64,000 nt of DNA from Utricularia gibba. Its lineage: Eukaryota; Plantae; Magnoliophyta. The position numbers and the translations under genes were made by a program. The stretch is from positions 2,542,001 to 2,606,000 of the forward strand of contig NEEC01000013.1 in NCBI GenBank assembly GCA_002189035.1. Direction: 5' to 3'. Below the pieces are notes generated by a model, which had not been told where the DNA came from, did no database searches, and was given only the letters and a program-made list of their open reading frames with translations. Shown in pieces: positions 1 through 11,300 of this stretch (the stretch's first letter is position 1; each line of letters opens with the position of its first letter).

Positions 1-290
1 GTAGTAGAAAAACATTAGCAATATGTTGAACCTGGAGGTATTTTGGGAGGTGACAGTTCCTCTTCCCATTAACTCTATGTCTAAAGATCTCATCAGGAAA
101 AAAAGCACTTGAAAAAATGCTGTTTTTTTGGTCTTGACACCAGCATTTGAACACATTGGGTGGAGGCTGTAAAGCAACACAGACAGACAACTGCTACTAA
201 CATCATATATTATCATACCAACAACTTGCTTTGTTTCAGACGTCACGCTTACAACTAGATTATCTAATGCAGTGTTTTTTTGCCATCTTA

Positions 291-1676
291 TTAGTCGTCC
301 TCGTCATTATACACCTTGTCAAAGCGAAGCCATTTCCTGGCTCGCACGACTCTCATGAACAAGAACCAGATAATCCCAGCGCCCGTCATCACCCCGGACA
401 ACAAGAACACAGTTTTGGTCGCCGTCACCATGATGAACAAGAGCATCCCGATGGGGATCAACGATAGTGCAGACAGGGCCGGCAATCGCAACGGCACCCT
501 GAAGGACCGTCTCTTCTGCGGCAACTTCCATCGCAGGAACAGAAACGATGCGAACTCGAGAAGCATACCTAAGCTATACAAGAAGTTGGCCGATGACACC
601 AGGTTCGTGTAGCTCAAGGACGAAACCCCGAGGGCTATCAGCGCGGAAAGCAGGATCCCCATCCATGGCGTATTGAACCATTTCGATCTCATGGCAAAGA
701 AGCGCGGCAGAAGGGCGAGATCCGCCATTCCTTCCAGTTGGTATGAGACGCTACTCAGCTGTGCTTCGAATAATCCGATGGACGATAACACCGCACCGAT
801 TTCGATCCATAGCTTCAGCCACCCACCCGCGATTAGTTTCGCAACGTCCGCCATGTACCCGGCTTCCCATTCGCTCTGCTCAACGACGATGGCTCCAGTT
901 GCGGCGAAGAGGGGTATTATGTAGCTCAACGCAATGAAGATCACAGCAATGAACAAAGCCAAGGGAAAGGTTTTACTAGGGTTTTCGACTTCACCAGCCA
1001 TGGTGCTGACGCTGTCCCAATAGTTCAAGTTCCAAAACAAAGTGTTGAACAACAAATTCCAATCTTTTTTCACACCTCTTTCGCCTAAAGAAATCCATCG
1101 ACGGGGACGAAGCTTCGGGATCGCGATCAACGACATCAAGAGAAACGGAGAAAGGGAGAGAATCCCCAGGGCAAGTGCAAAGTAACCCATGATAACTAAA
1201 CCAGTGTAATTCAAAGAAGCAAAGACCAATATGAAGACAAAGTTGGCCACATGGTTCGCCAGCCCGGAGGAGAGCAAAGGGAAGAGCCTCATCAAGTACT
1301 GCATGCAGAGCGATGTGACGGCGGCGATGTTTATCACTCCGGAAAGAAACTTCCATGTCCCCATCAGTGACCCAGCGAAGGACCCAAAGGCACGCTCCGC
1401 CCAGATCACAAACCCTCCATTCCCAGGGTACATGGTGGACAGCTCTGCAGTGATCAGCGCAACCGGGATGCACCAAACGAACGGGAAGATAAGAAACCCG
1501 AGGATTGCGAACAGAGGGCCGGCAGCTCGGATGGTCGGCTCTTCGCCATAGGGCCCGCCGGCAACTTCAAAATAGATCAAGGAGATGAGAGGTATGAGGG
1601 ACAGCTTCTTGGACGCAGCAACTCCGATGGGGGCGCTCGTCGGGAGCTGTTGAGTGTCCAAAGCCGCTTCCGCCAT
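291..1676 (-). CDS. PUT4: Polyamine uptake transporter (PUT/LAT family, APC superfamily), intronless, 461 aa
   Basis: Complete ORF with many hydrophobic helices. Family motifs [41 protein letters not shown] and [11 protein letters not shown]. Resembles Arabidopsis At3g13620 (recalled). Confidence 0.93.
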   Translation of the reverse strand: MAEAALDTQQLPTSAPIGVAASKKLSLIPLISLIYFEVAGGPYGEEPTIRAAGPLFAILGFLIFPFVWCIPVALITAELSTMYPGNGGFVIWAERAFGSFAGSLMGTWKFLSGVINIAAVTSLCMQYLMRLFPLLSSGLANHVANFVFILVFASLNYTGLVIMGYFALALGILSLSPFLLMSLIAIPKLRPRRWISLGERGVKKDWNLLFNTLFWNLNYWDSVSTMAGEVENPSKTFPLALFIAVIFIALSYIIPLFAATGAIVVEQSEWEAGYMADVAKLIAGGWLKLWIEIGAVLSSIGLFEAQLSSVSYQLEGMADLALLPRFFAMRSKWFNTPWMGILLSALIALGVSSLSYTNLVSSANFLYSLGMLLEFASFLFLRWKLPQKRRSFRVPLRLPALSALSLIPIGMLLFIMVTATKTVFLLSGVMTGAGIIWFLFMRVVRARKWLRFDKVYNDEDD

Positions 1677-3915
1677 CGTCCGACAACTACTAGTCTTGGT
1701 GGTTCCAAGTTGAGGAGAAGGGGATCCATGACCCTCCTTATATGTTGTAGTGGCTGAATCTACTGTTCTGGTCTTATGGTAAAAATAATGCTACATCATC
1801 ACTTTATATTTTAATATCTCCATAAGTTTTATCATTTTTAATTCACATATTTTAAAAATACAAATATTTATCATTTTATTTCAAACATTATCATCATATT
1901 CTTCATTATAATGGATTAAATAGTATTTGTTAATTTGGAATTATATTTATTGTAAAGTATTATAACAAAAAGTAAAAACAATCCTTTTAAAACATTGTGT
2001 GGATCACTATGAAATAAAAAAATAATAGATAAAGATTGTTAATGTATAAAGGAAGTTTAATAGCATGAAAGTCAAATGTCAAAATTAACTTTTTCTTGAA
2101 AAAAAAAAAGTGATTTCCATGTACAAGCAGTGATACGTAGAGTACCTCTCCTATCTCTAGATTTTATATTAATTAATGAAAAAGGTCAATATAATTTTAG
2201 AAATACTTGTTTTGTTTAAAAACAAAAAAAAAAAAAAAAAAAAATACAAGTTCCATCACATGGTAGTTTTAAGATCAAGTTGAAGAGAGAGGTGTGGAGA
2301 TGGGCATCACTAGATTACAGGAAGTGTGTTGTTATGCAATGTATCACACATGAGAAATTTCCGACACACACATCGAAAGTCTTTCGTGCTTCCGGTTCCA
2401 ACCCTCCTTCCGACAACGCACATATGCACGCTGACGACACACAACCAACAGTCCGAAACAGTCTTCAACTCTGTAAGACTTTGGTTCCTGCTGCGCTCAG
2501 CCCAGCCCATGCTTCTGTTCATTTGGAAAGGCGGCAGGGGCAGCATGTAATGAAAGCAGAAAGCAGAAAGCAAGCATCTTTTTTGTGGGATTGCTTGTTT
2601 ATAAGCAGAGTTAGAAATGGGGTGGATGGCAGAGGGCCACGCCTCGCCTGAGGAATCAGATCAGAAGCCAACCATTCCTTCTCATATATCTATCTAATCT
2701 ATCTGAGAGGGTGAGTGATGCAAGCCCAGGCCCATCCTCCCATGTGGCTGACGTTCCCATCCAATTTTATTAAAGTATCCATTCTCACACTCTCTCTCAC
2801 ACATTACCTATATTTTTTTCAACACAGGATGATTATTTTTATCACACACTTAAAATAATACAGTGTGTATTTTTTAAATTAACTCTCCAAACCTGGGACT
2901 CCTACGGTACTGCTACTGGGTCAGGCTCTGTCTGTCTCTATGTTTACCTCTGCAAGATAATATACAAAAAACTTAGTGGAGGCGCAACGCCATTCACATG
3001 CCAAAATAACCATCCATCCTATGGGCTGTTTGTAAATAAATGGTGCCTAACAGATAAATCCAGGATACTTATTTTTTAAAAATGGACAATGCTTGCCCAT
3101 GGAAAAAGTTTACAGTTTGTAAAACTTAAATACATAATAAACATAAATCATATTAAAAAAATATTATACTTTACCAATCAATACTAATTCACAATTTATT
3201 ATTTTATTTACTTTTACGATATTAGATTGTTTTTGTTAATGTATACCCCCCTACTATATATATCTTTTTGGTGGTTGAAAGTAAATGAAAAGATGTTGGT
3301 TTTGGGTCTTTATTGGGCCCATCTCTAAACAGACTTCAGACACTGAGCCAGCCCGTCTTGTAATAATAAGGTGGCCCAAGAATCCAAGGTCTAGGGTTTA
3401 GTCTTCCCAAGGGTACATTTGGTATGCACCATTTAATTTCAATTTTCGAATTACAAGAAAGTACTTTTTTTATTAAAATAATATTTTCTAAAATCGGAAT
3501 TTTATTAAAAAAAATTGAGGAAGACACAAATTTGAAAAGCGAGGGGGACCGTCCTCAACCTCATTCCTCCTTACCAAGATTGAAAAATATCCCGACAAGA
3601 AGCCGTTGACCAAACCAAAGTGAGTGAATGGTCCGATTTCACATTTACATGTAAATGAATAATGCATCATCTATTATTCCTCTATAATAAATAATAAATA
3701 TATCCAAACCCTTTTATTATTTCTTATTATTTTTTATATTACCAATTCTAGGTAAAAAAAACGATAGCGGACACGGCGCGATGCGGACTCGCGACACTTC
3801 CATTCCATCTTCACACAACTAAATTTTCCTGGTATTTTCAAAACCGGCAGCTAATTTATTCGAAAGCCACAAGATAACTAGTGCACGCAAGGCGGAGATG
3901 TCATTCCTCCCGGTA

Positions 3916-4621
3916 CTAGAGAAGGGACGCTGCGAGTGCAATTCCAGCCGCAGCCACGGCGGCCCGTAACAGGTTCCGACTCGCGGCGCTGGTCGAGGAG
4001 GGATGCTGCACAACGGTTGTCGGCACGCCGGTCGATCTCGCTGACCCTGGGTTACAGTAAAAGTTTGTTAGTTTTTTTTTAGCAGCTGGGGGGTTTGCAA
4101 ATTCAGAGAGGAGATCTCACCGGTGGGGGCAGGGGAGGGAACGATGGCGTGGGGTGTGACGGAGGAGACTTCCTTGAAAATCTGCGCGTCCGGTGAGTTG
4201 GGGTCCAGATGCAGGTATGCTGAGAAACAGGCACCGACCGGGGTTAACTCGAATGGTGGACAAGAGAAGGAGAAGAGAAGTGTATCAGACCTATGCAGTC
4301 GTTGGCGGAGTACTTGGAGTAGACCTTGCAGCGCTCAGGGAGGTGCATGGCGAGAGTGGCGTTGATGTTGAGGCTGAGGGAGGGGTCATTTCTGTCGTTG
4401 ATGAGGACGCAGATGCACCCGGGATTGTCCTGCACCACCTCCTTCAGTCCTCCGCAGCAGTCCGCCGTCGGGACCTTCGACTGCCCGCTCACGTACGCCA
4501 AGCACGTCGCCAGGCCCATCAGCTTCTCCCCGCACTTGCTCCGGTCCGCGTTTATATCGCATTCCACCGCCGCCAACAACAACCACGCCGCCGCCGCCAC
4601 CCAAATCGCAATCCTCATCAT
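3916..4621 (-). CDS. LTPG: GPI-anchored non-specific lipid transfer protein, 3 exons (about 4621-4291, 4219-4121, 4046-3916)
   Basis: Signal peptide MMRIAIWVAAAAWLLLAAVEC, 8-Cys motif (C..C..CC..CIC..C..C), LDPNSPDAQIF linker and hydrophobic C-terminus LLRAAVAAAGIALAASLL*. GT-AG introns keep the frame. Confidence 0.92.
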
Positions 4622-4953
4622 CCTGACTTCCCCTTTTTCTTTGTCACGGGAACGCGAACGGGGGGAGAAATACTGCGCGCCCTGCCTCTGCAACTAGATG
4701 TTTCGAGACTCCACGAGACGGTAGAGAGCGGAGTGCAGGGGGGAGGAGGGCGTGGAGTGCTTTTAATACAGACCCAGAGAGGCAGGCAGCTCTTCATTAA
4801 AGTCCATCCTTTACTCCCATGCTCTTATGTAGAGGAGTTCCACAGTAAAACACAAGGGGCGAGCAACCCATCCATCCTCTTGGTCCACACAGGAATTTGT
4901 TCCTCATCTTCCAAACTCATCTCAAATTATGCCCGTCCTCCGCATCCTCACAT

Positions 4954-4980
4954 GCGGCGGCGGCGGCGGCGGCGGCGGCG
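4954..4980. repeat. (GCG)9 microsatellite upstream of LTPG
   Basis: Direct reading of the sequence. Confidence 0.95.
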
Positions 4981-5660
4981 GGTCGTTTCTCCGGTGAAGA
5001 ACCACATCAAACTCCAAATCTACCCACAACCCACTTGTGCAAATACATGTCTGGTGGCGTAGCACCACCTCACAACTGCCACAAAACAAACAAACAATTA
5101 AAGAAATCATATTTCAGCAGCGAGTTCAAAGGGTGGTAAAAGCGAGACATGACAGAGGGGGGGGGATAAGTGGCGGGCTATAGCGAAACAAGTGGCCTTC
5201 TTCTTGCCGGTGACCGGAAAATAAGAACCGCGGATTATTAAAAAAGATGGCCGAGTCCCACAAAGTGAGAAGCGTCAGTGATCTGGCGCACCTTCCTGCT
5301 GGCGATTCCGCATTATGCATCGTTTCTGCAAGGAGAAGCACGATGCCGTGTCCGTACGTATTTGCATCTTAACTCAAAAAGAACCCATCCAAGCCAAGGG
5401 GCAATCGAGATCCTCCACACTAACCGATGCATTGAAAAAGAAAAATCCAACTGGATGCATGAAGGTAGCCATGCAGCTAGTTTTCAAAACAATTGGGGTC
5501 TGGTGTAACTCAGTTCATTTTCCTCATCACACAAGTGTAAAAATGTATCCTTTCAGTGTGACACTTTGAATATGTATAGCGTGTGAAATAATGTGGTTCA
5601 AAGGGTATGTAACCAAGGTATGCGATCCAGGACACTTCCGGGTGAACAGGAGATGATGAA

Positions 5661-6788
5661 TCAAGCCATGAGGATGTCGTCTTCGCAACCCGGAAAATCG
5701 ATATATCTCGGCTTCTCATTGGCCTTTTCCACTTGATGGCACCCTTTTGCATTCCTTCTCAGCCCTTCGGATGATGCATATATCAGAAAATAGCAGCTTC
5801 ATCATAACTCGCTGTATTCTATGAGTCAAAGCCTTACTCTTATTGGCGATGGTGGAGCGTGTGAGAGCGAGGAACTCCTCCCATTTGTACTTTCGCAGCT
5901 CGTTCTTTTCCTCCTCCGAGAGCTTCATGTTCGGTTCCCTCCCGCACATAAATGCAGCCCTGCAGAAGTATCAAAGCATTCAGACAAAGGCAAGAGTCTG
6001 AGGAATCATTTGGACTGATTCCTTTACTTGAAGAAAGGATATTGTTTGTTTTCCGGTGAACATGCCCGTGAATGGCTTTTGAGCCAACGGGAGAGGGAGC
6101 AAAAGTCAGAAGCATGTAAAGAACCTGTCATATAATCTTGCAGCCTCTTCTTCTGAGTCGACAGTTCCCAAATGGATCTGCTTCTTGTCAACCTTGATTG
6201 CAGCTTGCCATTTTCTGTTCTTGTAATAAACACCGCGCATTGTGCACAGTTCTCTGTTTTCAGCACGCCTCCTTCGGTGGGGCTTCCTGTGTTCAACCTC
6301 TGCAACTTCATGATACAAAACATTTGAAAAAATTGAAATATGTTGCTGTCATGTCGGATGCTGGACACTGAATACAAACCTAGGAATTGTCTGAAATGAT
6401 CATCTTGCTTCAAGGTGTTGGGGTCACTCAATTTTGGTGAGGCTGCCACAACCACCAAGGTGGCTACCTAAACAAGCCGCTAGATTCTTTTAGCAACAAA
6501 CAAACCACAATCCAAGAAACAGAGCGCACACTTGCCTGATTTGCTTGTTCTGGAATGCAGCCATCGTTTAACTGCAGAGGATGGGCGCTAGCAGATTCGT
6601 TGCTGTCTTTTGGACTCATGTTTCCATGGACAGAGAGAGAAGTTTCACCAGATGCCGACTTTTGCCCAGCTGAGACTCCACAAGGATACAAATCAACAGA
6701 CAGCAGAAGGCAACATCATGATACTTGAAGAATGAATATTCATACCACAGAAGATTCCCAACGGCCTGCGTCTGCGAATGCTCACCAT
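5661..6788 (-). CDS. AP2/ERF-like transcription factor (At4g13040/APD1 type), 6 coding exons
   Basis: N-terminus MVSIRRRRPLGIFC. AP2 domain MRGVYYKNRKWQAAIKVDKKQIHLGTVDSEEEAARLYDR|AAFMCGREPN, followed by LSEEEKNELRKYKWEEFLALTR. The last exon reads RLRRNAKG...DDILMA* after a phase-1 splice. The middle exon boundaries are less certain. Confidence 0.85.
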
Positions 6789-7372
6789 GGCCTTAATTCT
6801 CCTACAGAGCACATGAGTGATGCTTCACGGATTCAAAAACAATGCACAAAAAGAGCCAAGAATTAAATCAGACTGCAACAGGTAGAGAGCCCTATCGTAA
6901 AACTGTGCCCGTCTGAGCTTTTAAATCAGACAACGTAAGTTGAAAGTGTTCAAATGGAAAGGCCATCAGCCATCGGACAAGCAACCGTGTTTGGGTAAGT
7001 GGGAAAGCAACGCAGAAAGAAAGCTTTAATAAAGCAAAACAATCAAGCTCTATCCCTGTTGCACTCTGACACGCTATAGCTAATCAGCTATCTATCAGTA
7101 CCCAACAACAGAAAGAGCAGAAAAGACTTTTCTTTCCCTTTCCGCGAACTCCAGCTCACCACCCTCTCGCAGAAACGGATGAAATCAAGAGAACCCACAT
7201 CTTAAAAAGCAAGAAATCGTCGTCTTTCAACTGCAAAACACGGGAATGAATACCGCACGAGTGAGTCAACTGGGTGATTAAAAGCCAAGGCAAGAATATG
7301 GGCAGTAGACAGAATCCACCCTAGGCAAAAAAGAATCCACAAATTGGCCGTAGCTGTTGGAAGAAGAAACGA

Positions 7373-7558
7373 GGGGGGGGGGGGGGGCGGGGCGGCAGAT
7401 TCCAATCGAGAGCTGTAGTTGGAAGCGAGCCACGACCACGAACCAGTAGTTGTTGCATTACATTACTCATGCATCAACCACCTTTCATCTCAACTCCTCC
7501 TCCATTCATCTCAACCCAATAAATAGCCTGCCCCTGACCCTGCCCCCCCCCCCCCCCC
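7373..7558. repeat. G15 tract (7373-7387) and C16 tract (7543-7558) with partly complementary flanks, forming an imperfect inverted repeat
   Basis: Direct reading. The sequence gggggggggggggggcggggcggcag resembles the reverse complement of ctgcccctgaccctgcccccccccccccccc. Confidence 0.8.
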
Positions 7559-8315
7559 TTCATCACATCTCCATAATGGAGACTAACTCATGTCTGACTG
7601 ACTTGGCGACGAAGAAGGATGTGAAATTACCGCCGCGCCCCTGCCGCGTCGTGAACCGACCGGCGACCTTTTTATGGATCTTCCGTCTGCCTGAATTGAC
7701 TAAACTACCCTTGGGGAAGAAAAACAGAACTGCTGCCTATTAAAATCCATTCAATGACCAGCCCAACCTAACTCCTCCTCCTCCTCTTCAGATAATAACA
7801 AAGAAAAAATACATTTTATAAATTAGTTGTAACTACTTAATTAATTCAATCTTCTAAAAAAAAATTATTATCAAAGTTCAAAAGACTATAAATATAAAAA
7901 CGCTTGTTACGTTTTATTAGAATTAATTTCTTTAAAAAGAGGTGTTAATATCCGATGAATTTCAAAATTGAATATGTAAACAGCATAAGTAGTAGCAAAC
8001 ATGAGTTTGTGTGTAAACCCGCTGGTGTTGGGCTTGGAGCAACCATTTAAATTAGCAAAGAAAAAACGAATTTTTTTTTGGATATTCTTCTTGAAAAATA
8101 TTTATAAATTTTGTTATTGCAATTCTGTTGTTTTAATTTAATTTGTTGAAAAGCACCTCGCCGGTAGGCTGTAGGGCGAATGCGTCTAGTGTAATTAAGA
8201 TAGTGGCCGAGGGATATTCCTTTCGGGAACTCTGGTGTGACAATTGGATGACCGTCGATCCTTATTCCGCCATGGCTGTGCTCGGATTGGGGTCGTTTTG
8301 GTGATTGCATGACCC

Positions 8316-11300
8316 ATGGAGACGCTGCAGAGGACAGTGGAGACCTGGGTGCGGGACCGGAGTTCCAAGGTTTTCAGCCTCAAATGGTCTCCCCCATGGA
8401 GGATGGTTGTGAACTTGCCATGGCCCTGGCCCTGGCAGAGGCCTCGCCCAAACAATCGGCTCGAGGAACAAAGGAAAATGAAGGAAGAATTGGAATCCCG
8501 AAAGAGGAAGTTAGAAAAATTGTGTCGTGCCCTCAAGGCAGAGACCGTCGCTGATTTGCAGGAAATTCTCTGTTGCATGGTTCTCTCCGAGTGTGTTTAC
8601 AAGGTGCTTCCTTTTTAGCATCATCGAAGTAAAATGTCGTAGAGTTGTGCTTGATTCTCATTTTAGAATGTGCGTGGCTGTAATTTTGTGTGTGTGTGTG
8701 TGGGGAATTCGGATCAGTGGCACTGACCTTTGTGAATTGCAAGTGCAGAGACCTCCTGAGTTGCTTCGAGCAGTGAATAAATTCAAGGCCGATTTCGGTG
8801 GCAAAATTGTTTCTCTAGAGCGAGTTCAACCTTCTTCTGATCACGTCCCTCACAGGTATATACAATAGATTTAAACCTAGCATTGTTTTCCCGTCAGTTT
8901 CACACATCGTTTGTAAACTCTTTTGTCAACCCGAGCTTCATCTCACAGTTATACGCATATCACTCAATTGAAAAAGATTCATTTTTTTATCAGTAATAAA
9001 AACATACATTATAAATGCAATTGTCCACTGATTGTGTACAAAAGCATCCCTTGGGTGAATTCGTTATAGGATAGAAGATATGTACTGACTTATTGCCTGG
9101 TTGTCAGTTTGGTATGCCATCATAAATAAAAGTCATGTTCTCTTGACACTTAGGTATTTGCTGGCCGAATCGGGAGACACATTGTTTGCCTCCTTCATTG
9201 GAACTAGACAGTACAAGTTAGTATGGACTCTGCATCTCTAAAGCTGTTTGTAGTAATAAGTTAAAAATGATTTCTTAAGCTGTCTCCTTCTTCCTCTTTT
9301 GTCCGTATCTCACAAAAAGGGATGTGATGGCTGATGCAAATATATTTCAAGGTGACATATTCCATGAGGATGCTGTGGCAGACCTCACCAGCAGAATTGC
9401 ATATATGGCCCCTGAGATCCTAATGGATAATGCAGATAGTGGTTCTGAACCTGTAGATACCCGTTTCAAGGAAGCTAAGTTTACGCCTAAGCCTGCTGTT
9501 CATAAGGTATAATAAGCACTGCAATACGTTTGCATATTGAACTTCATTGGATGCATCAATGGCTTTTTGTCATATACATGTACATATATATTTTTTGTTT
9601 TTGGACGCTCTCAACGTATGATTTTCTTCAATGTTCGTTTGTTGTTGCTCATGCCCCTAGGGTTTTATGGCTCGAGCAAAAGGAATCCCTGCGTTGGAGT
9701 TATACAGGTTAGCACAAAAGAAGAGAAGAAAACTTGTTCTGTGTGGGCATTCACTTGGCGGAGCAGTATGTTCTTTCACTGGTGTTTTTGGGTTTCTGTC
9801 TTGAGACTTGCATATCGATGAATGTTTTGAATGTGCCAATAATTTCCCAGGTAGCAGTTCTGGCTACTCTCGCAATATTAAGAGTTGTTGGTATTGCATC
9901 AAAGGAGACTGAAAAAGTACAAGTTAAATGTATCACATTTTCACAACCTCCAGTTGGAAATTCTGCTCTCAGGGAGTATGTTTTTGTACTCTCACCTTTT
10001 ACAAAATTCCAAATTTCATGTAATCACCGCCCTTCTACCATTTTTTTTCAGCTATGTCAACAGAAAAGGATGGCAGTATCTTTTCAAAACATATTGCATT
10101 CCAGAAGACTTGGTTCCTCGAATATTATCTCCAGCATATTTTCATCATTATAACTCTCAAAACTTGGCCGGATGTGCAGCAGCTGTAAATTCATTGCCAT
10201 TAGCATCCTCAAAGAACGGGGAAGAATCTTCAAAGCAGAAAGCAACCAACACTAAACAAGAAGGAGAACAGTTGGTACTGGGTTTAGGTCCAGTGCAGAC
10301 ATCCTTTTGGAGACTTTCAAAACTTGTTCCCATAGATGGTCTTAGAAGGCATATTTCTATGTATAAGCCTAAAAAGGTGGATCCACTTGATTCTGCTTCA
10401 ACGTCCTCAATTGATGATGTTGCTTCTTCTCCACAATCTCTTGCAATCGAAGAGGGTTCCAATGGTATTTCTTTACGGCCTTTGCCAGTGATCAGCGATG
10501 AAAATGCTGAATCAAAAAGTGAAAAGCCACCTCGAAATGGTAAAATCCACGCTGGAAACAGACTGCTATGGCGTGGTATGCCCTCTTTACCTTCTTATGT
10601 GCCCTTTGGCCAGGTAATTCCTTACTTAAATTGATCCCATTTTTTAATTCATCATATGCCTGAAGTATATAGACTTCAGGTCTCCTAGTCTTGTATTCTC
10701 AGTGGCCTGACTTATCCAGTATTTGCTTTGTTTTTTAATCGCTGTTTTTCAATAGCTTTATATTCTGGGAACTTCCGCTGTGGAATCACTTTCTGGATCA
10801 GAATACACAAAGTTGACATCGGTGAACTGCCTGATTCCTTAATTCTCCTTCATTGATATTGCTCTTTATTTCGTGTCACTTTTATTATCAATGTTTCTAA
10901 ATTTGTTAACTATAACAACTTTCACATTCAGGTGGCATCTGTGATCACTGAGCTGAAAGAGCGTTTCCAGTCTCACTCAATGAAATCATATAGGTCAAGA
11001 TTCCAAAGGTATCACACTGTTTTCTAGAGTCCCTTGCTTTTTGATAGATAGTTCCTAGTTTCCATGTTGGTTATCTGCTACTTTTTTCCACTAGAATCTT
11101 GAAAATGATATTCTACAAAACTGTATCATTAGCAACTTGTCTTCCAAAGTGCCTTGCTTTTATTTAGCTATGAGCACCTTCTTATTTTGTTTTCAGAATC
11201 TTCGATGTCTGCATGAATGAAAATGCATTTTCATGCCTTGGGAGAGAGCAAGAGCTGCAGTTTCAACATTTACAAAAAATGCTAGGAATTTCAGATTCTG

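Noticed and set aside
1790-2260. AT-rich blocks (also 37850-38330 and 55290-55550) as possible MITEs
   Set aside because: I found no terminal inverted repeats or target-site duplications.
4193-5062. 289-aa plus-strand ORF
   Set aside because: Antisense shadow of the GC-rich LTPG exons plus the (GCG)n repeat; no recognisable domain.
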